Below the pieces are notes generated by a model. It did not search any database and was not told where the DNA came from. It saw only the letters and a program-made list of their open reading frames with translations. From Lama guanicoe (lineage: Eukaryota), in NCBI GenBank assembly GCA_013239625.1, contig MU054001.1:5939078-6003077 (forward strand): a stretch of 64,000 bases of DNA, given 5' to 3'. The translations under genes and the position numbers were made by a program. The number at the start of each line of letters is the position of its first letter. Positions within the stretch are counted from its first letter, which is position 1. This document shows, in pieces, positions 12,044 through 25,811 of this stretch.

Positions 12044-13666
12044 GTAGGTCCATGCAGTATTTAAAAAGGAGCCCATGAAACCTATGCATATTTGGTTTTC
12101 CCTGCACAGTGACCAGGTCGTATCAGGTGGTACTGAGTGCTATGCTAAGTGGCAGACATCTGGCATTTCAGTCTCAACACAATGCTGAGCGGTGGCTAGG
12201 ATTGGGAGATCCACTGGTCCCAGGCTGGGACACTAGCAACCACAGTTGCTGTCTGGCTGCTGTTACGTTCTTAACCATGGGGCTCCATCATTCCCGCTGC
12301 AGGAGGAGAGAGGAGGCCAGTGTCAGTCTCTCTGACCTTTGGGAAATAGCCCCATCTGACCACTGATGCACTCAAAAGCCTCGGGCTGCATGGCACCAGG
12401 CAGTCCCCATGCCTGCTCCGCATGGGGAGAAGCAGGAGGGCAGCGTCTGTTCCAGGCTTCCAGGAAACCCGGCTCCTCCCTGTGCCTGGGCGGGCTGGGG
12501 TTCTCAGCAGGTAGCTGGGTGGACGACCTGGGTGATGCAGAGAAATGCTGCAAGCTTCAGTTTACTCATCTCTAAAATGGAGATCATAGAAGTATACACT
12601 TCACATGTACCAGGGGGGTTCTTGTTAGGATCAAATGAGACTAGGTGACTGTAAGTGTCTTGTAAATGAACAATGGGACACAGTATTATACAAGCTTTGA
12701 GTTTCCATAAAGCTCAGAAAAATGCTTATCATGTTCCCAGATGTTTCCAGCCCTGGGCTGGACACTGAGAGTCTTGAAGAGGACCCCCATATTGCAAGGA
12801 TTCAGCCAACAAATCCTGGACCCACCTCCACCTGTAAACCGGGTTGTTTTTACCCACTCAGAGCCGAGTTTTAGAAATATTGGTTTGGCCATAGCGTGGA
12901 GGGTGGATGGAGCCACAGAAAGATCAGGATGGGACTACAGGATGAGAGAATCTTAAAATGTAGAGTCTGAGTGAGAGATGAGAAATAGACATAGCAGTCA
13001 GGGCAGCAAAGAGAGGTGGCTTTGGGAGCCATTTCCGAGATGGTCCACTGGGGCTGGGGGGTGGGAGAGGCCAAGGATGAGTCCAAGACTGGGAATGATG
13101 CGAAGACAGATGCGAGTGATCCAGGAGGAGATGCAGTTGGGGTAATCAAGATGACAGGGTTGGTTTTGGTTGTTCCCAGTTTGTGGATCAGGTCTGTGGC
13201 TGATGCCAGCAGACAGTGGGAATGGTGGGCATAGGGACCCATGGGCAGAGAGGCAGACTCCGCATCCTTGGCTGAGGTTGAAGTCACCTTGGGAACACGC
13301 ATGTGTGCCCTGGGAGCTGGGGGGGCTGGGATCTCACTCCAGGCTCCCATTTTCCCTTCGGTTGGACGCGTAAACGTGGTTGGCTTGTATTTAGGGCCAG
13401 CACTGTGGAGAGTCACGTCTCACACGGTGAGGCACTCATGCCATGAGAAGCACTCAGAACTGAGACCACAGGGAGGAATGGCTCATACGAGACCCCATCT
13501 CCAGAGGAGAGTGGTGCGCCAACCCCTCCTCCCTAGTGAGATGAGTTAGATGACACTGTCCACCTTAGATTTTGTCTTGAGTGTGTCATTGGATCTGCAT
13601 GTGCCGAGGGGAGCCCTGGGAGACCCCCCTTTGGGGCCCTCCTGGCCGCTCTTGGTTTCCCTGCAG

Positions 13667-13804
13667 CATTTTCCACCGAGGAGTCCAGGAGCTCAAGAAG
13701 GTGGAGAACATCAGCCGGTCGCCCTGGTTCTCCCACGTCACCTCCACCATGCAGGGCCTGGGAACCATCCACGCCTACGACAAGAGGGAAGACTGCGTGG
13801 ACAA
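13667..13804 (+). CDS. ABCC12: ABCC12 exon: TMD2 intracellular loop
   Basis: ctgcag|C...AA|gtgagt; 138 nt; IFHRGVQELKKVENISRSPWFSHVTSTMQGLGTIHAYDKREDCVD(K). Confidence 0.95.
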
Positions 13805-14406
13805 GTGAGTCCTGGGCGGGGCCTGCCCCGGGGCTTCCACTCCCTGCCGGCCCCCAGCGGGAGGTGCCGATTGAGGAGGGGAGTCTGGGCCTCGGATGGA
13901 CTGTGGATGGAGAGCTGGCAGAACCGAGGTGGAGCCCCCTTAGGCACGAGGCCTTTCTCCTCAATGTCTGCAGCTCCCAAAGGTTCCAGCTCATCCAGTG
14001 ACAACCTCACAATGGGGTTTTATTCATTTTGTTTTTTCTCTCTAAAAGTAAAATGTATTCAATTCAGGAAAATAGGAAAAAACAGGGAAAAAAAAAAAAG
14101 TCACCCACAGGCCCCCAACCCAAATCCTGTTAAGGTTTTCATATGTTTGCCTTCCAGTCATTTCTCTTTTTTTTTTTCTATTTCTGAAATACTTATAATC
14201 ATTTTTGTCTTGTTTTATTTTTAAATAGCATTTTCACATTATTATATATTCCTTGTACGGATAATTTTTAAAGGCCACATTACATCTCACTTCGTGGGTG
14301 GACCAGTTTTCTTCTCTTTAAAATGTGGAGACTAGATAAATACATTTCTCTGGCATCCTCCAGTTCCAAACTTCTGAAATACCACATAATCACATTACAA
14401 TCACCG

Positions 14407-14807
14407 TGTATCAATCACAGGAGGCTCACAGTGGTAACAAACAGCTCTAGGTTTTAGGGACTTAACACAATACACGTTTATTCTTCCTCAAGTCACAACT
14501 GAATGAGGACCCATGGGGCAGGGGTAGAGGGTTCTGCTCCACACGCAGGTACACGGTCTCTCTCCATCTGGAGCTTCTCCATCCTGGCTTCTCCAGGATC
14601 CTCTGGTCTAATTGGGAGATAAATGGAACAATGTGGGTGGAGGACCTCAACCCCAGTGAAGCGACTCATCATTTCTGCACACTCATTGGCCAGATTCCGG
14701 TCATGTGGGCTCACGTAACTGCAAAGGAGCCTGGGAAATGTAGTCCAGCTGTGTCCAGAGGAGGAAAGGAAAATGGATTGTGGTGAATCTAGAGCAGTCT
14801 CTGCCAC
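14407..14807 (-). mobile_element. Old MaLR LTR (MLT1J/K-like)
   Basis: GGTAACAAAC...TTAACACAATACACGTTTATT...CATTGGCCAGA...AACTGCAAAGGAGCCTGGGAAATGTAGTCC...TGCCACA, typical of antisense MLT1. Confidence 0.65.
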
Positions 14808-16961
14808 ATAGATGTTCTTTTTCCACCCCCATCCTTTCCTTCCTTAAAAACCTAATACACACTTCAAAGTGCATCTCTCTCTCTCTCTCCCCGGCCCCTG
14901 CCACCCAGTCTCAGTGTGGACCAGGCATCCCAGACTGTCTTTAGTTCAGTCAGCAGCTAGTCCTGCTACTGGTTTAACCTGAACGGCATCTGTCAAGAGT
15001 CCTGCATCGCACGTGACCCCCCAGGGTCCTGGTCAGGAGTCATTCATCGACTCACAACAGGCAGAACTGAGTCAAGCCTTGTCTTCCCGCAGATTCTCCC
15101 CCAAGGTTTCCACGAGGATCTTATAGGAGAGCTGAGCCCTACGTGACTGATGAGCTCTACCCTCTTTTAACACTTTTTTTCCTGTCATGAACTTTCTGGA
15201 GGGCTTGGGCTTCTGACATATATTGCTTTTGCAACCAAAAATACTACAGGACTGAAAAAAAAAGGTTGGAGGTCAAATTCCAATGTGATCCCAGCCAGTG
15301 CTCTGTTTCTGCACAACCTCACCAACCACACAGATAAGACTGCAGATGACTTCTAAGTCGCTTAAGCTGTCAGTTGAATTTGTAGGCTTTAGAGGTACAT
15401 GATAGTGACACCACGGTGTCTGGAAGAGTATTTTAACTAAGCTCTGGGGAAACTAAGTTAGAGTGGAAACAGAAAGGAAGAGGGTGCTGCAGGGCCCGCC
15501 AGGGTGTCCAGAGGTGCTTCCAGACAGAATCTTTTGAGTTTTAGAAGAGTTGGAGCAGAGTGGCCGAGGACGAGCCAGGGGAGGAATCTCAACTCCTTAA
15601 GGGTTTAAACATCAAAAGGTCTTCATTATTTTCTAATAATTTCTACCAGTTGATCTGAGGAAGCCCCTTTCCCAGTAGGTTAGGGGAACCATCTGTGGCA
15701 ACTGTGTTTGATGTCTCTTCTGGTCAATGGTTAGCTGAGTTCAGTTAAAATTTCAGTCTTGAATGTATCTAAGCCATAGCCTCACCGCCCCCATCCCCTC
15801 AAGACTTGGAGAGCTCATGCTAGGCTGTGTGTATGTATTGTAGGGGCAGGACCACTATTGGGAAGCCCCTGGTCTGTTCTCTTAAACACCCTCTCCCTTT
15901 TCTCTGAGCTTGGGAGCCTGGCTCTCAGAGGCTGGCGCAGGGGGATGGAGGTGGGAAAGGACACACCCTCAGTGACCAGTCTGTCTGGGGTCACTCTCCT
16001 CTCTGCTGTTCATTTCTGCCGATCCAGCTCTTCGTGCGTGGCAGGGGAGAGCCCCCAACAGGATCCAAATCCCTAGCAGCTCTGCCAGGCCCTCCCAAAG
16101 GACAAGCTGTGCCTGGGTCGTCCAGTGAGCTCTGTCTGGCAGCCTCATACTGCGTTCCCATGATGTGGAGCCTCTTACCTCACACCGATCAGTGTCACAT
16201 CAAGACCGCAGCCCCACACCCCAAATTCCATGTGCGCCCCCAAACTCTAGGAACTGTAGTAATGGGCAGGACCCACCTTCCATGCATCTGGGGAATGAGG
16301 GACTCCAGGGATGGGTCTTGCCCTCATCCCTTGTTGGTGTCATCTCTGTCACTCTGCCCTGTGCTCCGTCTCCTCTTTGGCTTGGTGGACACGTAGCAGG
16401 GATACAAGATGCCAGCTTTCTCTTCTTGAAGAGACCTCCAGCTTTAAAAGTAATTGCCTTGATTCTTCTTTCTCTGAATTGGGGAGGAGAACCAATCCAG
16501 CACCCTCCCTTCCTTCCTCTATCAGCACAAACATTGATTCTCCCTAAAGGCGATCTCCTCCACCCCCTACTCTCTTTATAGATCAAAGGAGCCAATGGTC
16601 ATTTCCACAGGACCTTTGTAGGGGTGGCTGACTCCAAGGCAGGGGTCCTTTGAAGGTAGAGTGTGAGGTACTTAGCCTTGTTTGTCCTCAGCTGTGGGTT
16701 CCAGTTGCCAGTTCTGGGAAAGACAGAAAGAGCCCACTCAGCACCATACTCTACTGCCATGTGAGATTTTGCAAAATACATGCAAATTGGAGATGCCTAT
16801 GGTGGCCGATGTTGAAGATTATGGGTACATGCTCATCTTTGTAAGGCACTCCTATGTAGGAGTGCACTGGCCCTTGATTAAAAGCTCCCCTTGCCCTATT
16901 TCTCCAGTAGTCCTGAGTCTATGGAAGCTGATCTCCTGTTTTGTTGATTTATTCATTTTAG

Positions 16962-17148
16962 GTTTAAGATGCTAAATGACGAAAACTGCAGCCACCTCCT
17001 GTACTTCAACTGTGCTCTCAGGTGGTTTGCTCTAAGAATGGATGTCCTCATGAACATCGTCACCTTCATTGTGGCCTTGTTGGTGACCCTGAGTTTTTCC
17101 TCAATCAGTGCTTCATCCAAAGGCTTGTCATTGTCTTACATCATCCAG
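16962..17148 (+). CDS. ABCC12: ABCC12 exon: TMD2
   Basis: ttttag|G...CAG|gtaaca; 187 nt; FKMLNDENCSHLLYFNCALRWFALRMDVLMNIVTFIVALLVTLSFSSISASSKGLSLSYIIQ. Confidence 0.93.
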
Positions 17149-17734
17149 GTAACACCTAGTGCAAGGTTGGGCTGGGCCTGGAGGCTCTGGCATAGAGTGT
17201 ATCCAGGAGGGTGGACAGAACAAAAAACCCAACTCAAATGGGTTTACACAAGAAAGAGAGCTTAGTGGCTCGTATCACTAAAAGGTCTGGGGGCTGTGTG
17301 GGCTTTAGGCACAATTGGATCATGGCCCCTCTTTGTCCTCCTCCTGTGATGACTTCCTTCATAATCGTACAGTGGTAACTGGCAGCCTCTGGGGGCTATA
17401 GCAGGAAGAAAGCATTTCCTGCCCCAGCCACTGAACAAAAGCCCTGTGCTTTACTCTTGCTGGATTAATTTAGGCATCCCAGAACTAACTTCATGTAATT
17501 GGGATGATTGGCTTAGGCTGAAAGATGGAGCCACACCCATCACACCCCAAAGTCACACAGCTGCCTTACAACAGAGAGAGCAAAAGGAATGCTGGAGAGG
17601 CAGCCACAGTGTCCATGGTGAATAATTACTGACTTTTCTTTTTTGTGGCTTAGGTGTTTTTCTTTCAAAAAATAACAAAAATAGGGAAATAATAATAGGG
17701 AAATACATGACATTTTAGGCACAGTTATAAATCC

Positions 17735-17905
17735 GTTACATGCATTAACTCATTTATCTGCCACAACAACCCTATGAGGTAGGGATACCATAATCTCCAT
17801 TCTACAGGTGAGGAGACTGAGGCCCAGAAAGACTTGCCAGGACCACACACCTGCATGTGTGAGCACCAGGATTTGAACCACGTCATCTGGGTCTGATACC
17901 CATCT
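17735..17905 (-). mobile_element. MIR SINE
   Basis: CTCATTTATCTGCCACAACAACCCTATGAGGTAGGG...CCATTCTACAGGTGAGGAGACTGAGGCCCAGA. Confidence 0.75.
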
Positions 17906-18789
17906 AAGACTGCCTCTGCTTCTTGATACAGGCGTCACGTTTCTCTCTTTGGAAGCTTTTCCAGTGCAGTCTTTATCCTCAGGGCTCTGACACCCCAGGA
18001 CAGTGTTTCTGAGTGTGGGTTCTGTTTCCATTAGTTCTGTTCAAGGCTGGGGACAGAATAATCTTCTCTTCAAGTTGGAAACATTTTTCCTTTCCCTCCA
18101 CGGTTCCTTTTTCTCGTCTTGATAATTTCCTAGTCTCCTTTCCCTTTGGTTTCTTTTTCTGTGACTCCTGTGGGTTGAATATTGGACTTCCTGCATCAAT
18201 CTTCTATGTTTCCTTTCTTTCATCTCAAGGTTTCTATATTCTTATCTTTATTCTGAGAGTTTTCCTTCACTTGGTCATCCAGCCGCTATTTTGAATTTAA
18301 AGTTTGTCAGTCACATATTCTTACACTTAATTTCCACAAATTATTCCTTAGTCTCTGAGTTTTGAAAAGGCTCATTTTTAGATAGATGCAACATATTTTA
18401 AAATCTCTCTGAGAACATTAATTAGAGGTTCATGCCCCACCACTTTCTTAAACTCTCCTCTCTTCTTTGACTGATATCTGTTTTTTCTCCAGGCTCTTTG
18501 TTTGCTTATTTATCTGTTTATTTATCTGGTTCTTGCTCTTTTCACACCATTGGTTTTGTTCATATGTCTCTTGATCCACTTGTATTTAAGGCTGAGGAAC
18601 TAGATTGGGTTTTCAGGGTTTCCTCTGCCTTTGTCTATGTCCTGCCAGGTGTCTCCCGAGTTGGGGAGGGTGTTGGACTTTTCCACAGGCTGGCTTCACT
18701 TCAGGAGAGAGCCAGGGAGCTGGCCTTCAGGCACCCAAATGCTAGGTTTAAAGGGATTTTATCTAGGATACTATCCTGGGAGCCCTATT

Positions 18790-18809
18790 TGTGTGTGTGT
18801 GTGTATGTA

Positions 18810-18840
<31 letters not shown>
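18790..18840. repeat. Interrupted (TG)n microsatellite
   Basis: Visible directly in the sequence. Confidence 0.95.
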
Positions 18841-19764
18841 TGGCTAGGGAGAGTGTCCAGCTACCTCTGGTTGGGAGAGAGGAGGGGAGTGGAGGACATG
18901 GGTCCAACAGGAGGAGACGGCTAAAGATGGCCTATCAGTCGATCTCTCTGTGGCCCCTTCTCACCCCGGAACCTCTCTGAGTCCTGTGTGGCAGAAGGCT
19001 CTGGAAGCCCCCACAGCACACTCTGCCTCCATTCTACTGAAAGAGACTTCCATCCTCTTTCCATCTTCCAGAATGTGTAACCCTCTCTTTCAGTGCTCTC
19101 TCTCCCTCAGCCCCTTGCTGTCTCTTCCCAAGGCTATTCCTTTTTGAAAGCTCTCTACTGGCATTTTAATGGCATTTTGGAAAGGAGGAGGAAAAAAAAA
19201 CATATGACTAGGACCATATCTTAACTGAGAGAAATGAGTTTTCCTTGGATAGGCAGTTTCCCTCATTGATGGATGGTTTTATTTGCTGTCGCCTAGTCAC
19301 ATATATGATTTTAAATAGATCCCCTTGGGCCCCTATACTTGGTCCCAGTGAAACAGCTTTCCTCAACTGAGGTCATGCCCTTGGGGGATGTCACCAGCCT
19401 TCCGTGAGACTGTTTTCGAACATTCCTGTAAGGCTGGGAAGCTGGCACACACCGAGGTCTAGGGGACGCTTCTCCTCCAGGTGGTTTTGAGGCTTTCTTG
19501 AGCGTTAACCCCCTTTGGAGAACACAGAATCCAAGTGACAGAGCTTCCCTTGAGAACAGAGGTGACCCCCTAGGTCGAGGAGAAACTGGTCTGAAGTCCC
19601 ACAGAGCAGAAAGTGAGAAAGTGAGTGCAAAGTAACATCACATAACATCACGGAGGAGAATGAGCACTTCCTGGGGCCAGCACCGTGCTGATGAGGGAAT
19701 TCTAAGCCGCTGGAGCTGATACCCTTGAACTTAACAAAATATGCACATGCCCTTCTCAAGGGCA

Positions 19765-20090
19765 GTGTTCATTCATTCATTCACCAGATGTCCACTGAGC
19801 ACCTCCCAGAGCCAGAATCTCGCTAGCTGCTGCGGGTTCAGTAGTGAACAAGCCGTTCAGGTCCCTGCCCTCATGGAGCTTACACTCTAGTGGGATAGCG
19901 AGGGATAGACAGTGGGATGGAAGAAAGAAGTGCACAAGTAAACAAATAAGAAGACTTCAGAAATCACTGAAGTGACTGTCAGCGGGGAAGCCACATTAGA
20001 CCGGATAGTCAGGGCAGGCCTCTGCTGGGAGGCGACTTCCAAGCTGATACCTGAATGATAAAGAACGAGCCAAGGAAGGAGGGGCCAGGG
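19765..20090 (-). mobile_element. L2 3' end fragment
   Basis: TTCATTCATTCATTCACCAGATGTCCACTGAGCACC...GTGAACAAG...CCCTGCCCTCATGGAGCTTACACTCTAGTGGG. Confidence 0.7.
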
Positions 20091-20228
20091 GAGGATGGGG
20101 CAGGCAGGAACTTGGTACTGGCGGGGACTCAAGCTCCTGTGGCCTGAGCAGAGTGGTGGAGAGTAAGCTCTGAGGACTTGGCAGGACTCTGTCAGCCGTG
20201 GGCAGGGGTGTAGCCTGTATCCTAAGAA

Positions 20229-20432
20229 AGGCTTTCTCACCTGCAGTGCTGTGGACACTTGGGCAGGATCATCCTTTTGGGGAGGGGCTGTTCTGTGTGT
20301 TCTGGGAGGTTAGTAGCCTCCCTGATCTCTAACCAGGAGTCGCCAGTAAAACCTCCTGCCTCCAAGATCATGACAAATTAGACATTGCCCAGTGTCCCCG
20401 GGGGGCATAATCACGCCAGCCGAGAGCCACTG
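20229..20432 (-). mobile_element. MER20-like DNA transposon fossil
   Basis: Ends AGACATTGCCCAGTGTCCCCGGGGGGCATAATCACGCCAGCCGAGAGCCACTG, the reverse of the MER20 5' end. Confidence 0.7.
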
Positions 20433-21199
20433 CTCAAAGAGAAATGTGTGTAAAGCTGGAGGGCAGTAAGGGAGGCCTGCTGAAGGGGGATCTCGGGGGG
20501 TCTGCACCCACACGGTTCTCCACCTTGTCCACCTGCTCTGCCCAGCCTGCCTCCTTCCTGTTAAGGCCACTTGCTGCTACCCAGAGCTTTCTGAACCTGA
20601 GTTTGCCTGGCAGACTTCTTATCATAAATGCTTTGGCACACACACAGCCTTGCTTTCACAACATCCTGGGTAATTGACATTCTTATCATTCCTTGAAACT
20701 GCCTGTGTCTCGTCCTGCTGGCCCACTTGTAGGTAAGCCCCTTGAGTGTGGGGTCTTGGGTATCACATTTACCCTGGGAAACCAGCCCCTGAACCGTGCC
20801 AGCCCACAGTCACTGCTCAGCTAGTGAGGAAGACCTGGTCCGGCCTCTAGCCCACTAGCCCGGCTTGTGTCAAGGCAGGTGCTGTTGGTGCCCACCCTCC
20901 TCCCCCAGGGCAGGCCAGTTGGCCCCTCACGGCTGCGGGCAGATGCTCAGTTCCAGCCTGAGGTGGGCGGCAAGCACGGGGAGCCCTCTCAGCAGGACCA
21001 CCCCAGCGGTGATGCCTGTAGGGAGTTAGTGGCGATGGAGCCCAGCATCCTCAGGACAACTCAGGTGTACTCCGTGCGGATGCTCAGGGCCCCCGACAGG
21101 GTCGAGCTTTGGGTGCCCGCAGTGAAGCCTCTCCGGACACCCCTTCTCTTCCGTGCCTCGCTTCTCCCAGCCCCTCCTGGGACTTTTTGGGTCCTCCTG

Positions 21200-21632
21200 G
21201 AGTAGGTTCCCAGGGCTGCTGTAATAAATGGCCATAAACGACTGGGTTAAAACCAGAGAAATGCGTTCTCTTGTAGTTCTGGGGGCCAGAAGTCTAGAAT
21301 CAAGGTGTGGGTAGGGCCATGTTCCCTCTGGAGGGCCTAGGGGAGAATCTGTTCCTTGTCTCTCCAGCTTCTGGTGGCTGTGGGCATTCCGGGGTGTTCC
21401 TGGGATTGGAGCTGCATCCCTCGGACCTCTGTCCCCGCCTTCATGTCTCCTCCTCCTCTTCTCTGTGTCTCCTCCTCCTCTGTCTCCTACATGGGCACTT
21501 GTTGGATTTAGGGCCCACCCAGGTAATCCAGGTTGGTCTCAATATCCTTAATTGCACCCGCAAAGATCCCTTTTTCAGTGAGGTAACATTCACAGGTCCC
21601 AGGGATTTGGCCATTCAACCTGCCCTAATACA
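21200..21632 (-). mobile_element. MaLR LTR (MLT1C-like)
   Basis: AGGGCTGCTGTAATAAAT...AGTTCTGGGGGCCAGAAGTCTAGAATCAAGGTG...GGATTTAGGGCCCACC...AGGTAACATTCACAGG. Confidence 0.8.
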
Positions 21633-22196
21633 CTGCTTGCATCCCAACCTCAGAATTGGCCGCTGGGGGAGCCTGGCTTCAGGTGGGCGATCTCCACAAG
21701 CCCCAGTCTAAGCCTGGATTTTCTTATGTCCCAAGCGAGCAGGTGGACTGGATGGTTTTCTTCCATCCTGACGATCTGCGGTGATGGTGATTGGATTTAA
21801 CTGCTTCCAGGCTGCAGGTGGGGTAAAGCGGGGAGGTGCATAGAGGGGCGGGACCCCTCCAGGTGGCTGCAAAGGGCGAACACCATGCAGTTCTGGGGCC
21901 CCAGGAGAATTCCTGCTCCACAGCGGCTCCCCACCTCTCCAGCCAGGAAGTCAGTGCTGTGGCGGATGACTCTCACCATCTGGAGTGCCAGGCAAAATAT
22001 AATTACCATTTGTTTCCAAATACAAAGGAAGTGTTTAAAGGCAGAAACACCCCAACAGGAGTGTCTTTACAGCTGGGCACTTGGCTGGGAATGCAGGCCT
22101 CCTTTCTGTGTGGTCCTGAGTGAGCGGGAAGGGGACTTCACAGGGGCCCCTGGAGGCGGGACGGGCTCTAACCGCGGCGCTTGCCCCCCTGCGCAG

Positions 22197-22286
22197 CTGA
22201 GCGGACTGCTCCAGGTGTGCGTGCGCACTGGCACCGAGACCCAGGCCAAGTTCACCTCCGTGGAGCTGCTCCGGGAGTACATTTCG
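22197..22286 (+). CDS. ABCC12: ABCC12 exon: end of TMD2
   Basis: gcgcag|CTG...TCG|gtaaga; 90 nt; LSGLLQVCVRTGTETQAKFTSVELLREYIS. Confidence 0.95.
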
Positions 22287-23499
22287 GTAAGAAAATCAGT
22301 GCCTGCGAGAGGGGGAACCAGCTAACCCTGGCAGAACTTAGGCCAGCGTTTTATTTTTTTTACACGTGAAAGGGATCTTTTTAAAAACAAAACAAAACTG
22401 AAATTGGACCACAATCTCTTTTCTTAAAACCCGTATTTACAATACAGTCTGAAGTCCTTGATGTTGAGGGAGGGGTTCCGTTTTAGCAGAATTTCCTCAA
22501 GGGTAACTTCTGGACACAGAAAAGAGAATTCAGTGGCTTACTTTAGTCTCTCGAAATTAATATTTGATGGACTAAAATTGCGAATTGAAAAAATAAAAAG
22601 CCTATTTCTTTTTTAAAAGCTTTATTTTCAACCTCTAGATCCTGCTGTTCTTTGAAGAGAAGTTGAGTCAATTCACTCTTAAGGGCCTTTGAATAGTATC
22701 TGGCCCCGTTTACAAACTTCATTAAACACTTTAAAAGGTTTTAAACTGCATTTTAAAGTTTAATGCATTCCATTTCCTTTTTAAGTACCTTGATCATCTG
22801 AGTTAACAAACTTTCCTGAGGTTATATAAATCTAATAAATTAAACTTATATATGTGAGCATTCAGTTCTCGTAACAATACCAGTGCTGTATACAAACAGG
22901 AAGTTTTTAACTTAAAATCACATTTATATAAGTTATCCAATTATACACTTTAAATTAGAAGCACAAGCCTGAATGTTGTTAACTTTATGAATACTTAAAA
23001 CACCAAATATGCAGATTCCATAAACTAAAAATATTACTGTTATAATTTTGCTTCTCTTAAATACTGTTATCATTAATTCTAAATCTTCTAGGGGTTAAAA
23101 ATACTCACTATCTAGGAATACAGTTATTTTCTCAACTAATCGTGGTTGACTATTGACCAGAGGTTGGGCTGGTCAGCCTCCCTAATGGGGAACACGGCAG
23201 CCCTATTTCTCCTTGTTAACAGAGACTTTATAATTCAGAGGAGGAGTTAGTCCCGAAATGCAGTCAAGTTGCTCTACTCCTTAATTAGATTTTGCATTTC
23301 CTGGGCTCTTTGGGAACTTAATTCCTTTTCCATGTAACTCTGAATTTGACATCCTGCACTATTGTCATCTCCCTACTTCTAACACCATGGCAACTCTTGT
23401 AGATGATGAAATTGTATCTAATTGAATTCTGCAAATCTCAAATCTTGGTCTGGATTTGTCACACAGCTTCAAGGTCACATGACTGATGCTTGTCCAGGC

Positions 23500-23955
23500 T
23501 CACAAGGCCCTGTATGAGCTGCTCCTTATAGTTATCTGTCCCACTACTCACTACGCCATAGCCACATGAATTTCTTTCTATTCCTCAAAGTCTCCAAGCT
23601 TGTTCTGGCCTCAGGGCCTTTGCACTAGCTGTCTGTTCTGCCTGGAACAAATCTTCTTGTCGCTGGCAACTTTGCAGCATTCCAGGTCACAGCTTGAATG
23701 TCACATCCTTATAGATGCCTTCCTCAACCCTTCAGTTATTTTTACTCCCTCTGCCCCTTCCACCACACATGTTCCATATTCCATTACAATACTGTTTTTA
23801 CTGTCCTCATTTCTCATTTCTTTTCCTGTTTATTATCTAACTTACCCACTGCAATGAGAGCTTCTTGAGTGCAGTGTCCTTGTTGGTCTAGTTCACTGCC
23901 AAGAATACAAGTACCTAGAACTGCGTGAATAAATGAATGAATGAATTACATGAAT
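23500..23955 (+). mobile_element. L2 3' end fragment
   Basis: CCTCAGGGCCTTTGCACTAGCTGT...GTGCAGTGTCCTTGTTGGTCTAGTTCACTG...GAATAAATGAATGAATGAAT tail. Confidence 0.7.
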
Positions 23956-24003
23956 GGAAAAGCAAATGACTATTAGCCTGCCATTTGTTATTCTGTTTTT
24001 CAG

Positions 24004-24193
24004 ACCTGTGTTCCTGAATGCACTCTCCCTCTCAAAGTGGGGACCTGTCCCCACGACTGGCCCAGCCATGGGGAGATAACGTTCAAAGACTATCAGATGC
24101 GGTACAGAGACAACACCCCTCTTGTTCTCGACGGGCTGAACTTGAGCATCCAAAGTGGGCAGACGGTTGGGATTGTCGGCAGAACGGGTTCTG
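24004..24193 (+). CDS. ABCC12: ABCC12 exon: start of NBD2 and first part of Walker A
   Basis: tttcag|ACC...TCTG|gtgagg; 190 nt; TCVPECTLPLKVGTCPHDWPSHGEITFKDYQMRYRDNTPLVLDGLNLSIQSGQTVGIVGRTGS. Confidence 0.95.
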
Positions 24194-24347
24194 GTGAGGA
24201 TGAGTTCTGACTGTTTCTTTCAGGTTGTTTTCTTCGCATTTCCACTGGGTGCACTAGCTAAACCACAACAGAGGGTGATGTGTATGTGTGGCAGATTGGC
24301 TGTTTTCCCCCTGAAATCTCTTTACTGTAATTTTTTGAATTAATTAA

Positions 24348-24752
<405 letters not shown>

Positions 24753-25732
24753 TAGCTGTTTTTGATTGTTGTGCACTTCTATTTTTGGATAATGAAATCA
24801 AACCAACAGCAGCTTTGTGAAGCTCCCACGTCGTGGCTGGTCCTTTATTAACAACGCTACAGATAAACATGATGCTATGCACAGGGGGAGCAGACATCCC
24901 AGTTGGCCCCAGAGAGCCCTGGTTTGTGCCTGTGTCCCAGCATCCTATCAGGTTTAGCAATGGCTGATCCCCAAAATACCCCAGTTTGCACAGTAAAACA
25001 GATAGTTATTCCATGTATGTAGCCATCCTTTGGGAAGTATGTCAGTTCATTCCCATTAAGGAGTGAACAGAAGCTGCTCAAGTCCAAGACCAGTAGGGTT
25101 GCCACTCCTGCAGGGCTCAAGATCTGATGTCAAGGTGCAAGGAGAAAACCACAGTGTCTCACTTGGCGCAGTGCAGCGCCTGCCCCTCTAACAAGAGGGA
25201 CATTTCCTGCATTGAGCACCAGATGAAGTCGGGGGCTGTACTTAGAGTTGTGTGAAAAGCCCACTCCGTGTCTGGGAATGCTAGCCTCACACCCTGCACA
25301 TGAGGTGCTCGCCCTCTGCGAGGCCCCAGAGCTGCCGATGGAGCTCTTGCCTCTGAAGGCAGAGTGAACGCACCAGCGGATGGAGCTGCTCACTCCCTCT
25401 CTCTCTGCTAAGAAGTTGCACAAGGTCAGATCTGCTCTGCTGCACATGGCCCCCACAGGACCAAATGTGTCTCCTGAGTGCGTTGTTCCATGCTATCTCT
25501 TGGCAGGATTGGTGGTCTTCCCGCCTTGGTCTCTGCTCCATCCCAGTGTGGAGTGGTGGGTCCTCAGTCTCTTGGCCTGAGGTTGGTATCTCGTGGACTG
25601 TCGTCCTGGGCTCAGCACTGCTTTTGTTGCCGCAGCGTCATCGCACACATCTCCCCGACATGCTGTGGAAAATGTGCTCTGCCATTCTCTTGTCCTCAGA
25701 AATTCAGCCTCCTCTCTTTTCCCTCACTGCAG

Positions 25733-25811
25733 GTACAACCTGGATCCCTTTGAGAGTCACAGTGATGAGATGCTCTGGCAGGTTCTGGAGAGAACATTCA
25801 TGAGAGACACA
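25733..25811 (+). CDS. ABCC12: ABCC12 exon: NBD2
   Basis: ctgcag|G...ACA|gtaggt; 79 nt; YNLDPFESHSDEMLWQVLERTFMRDT. Confidence 0.94.
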
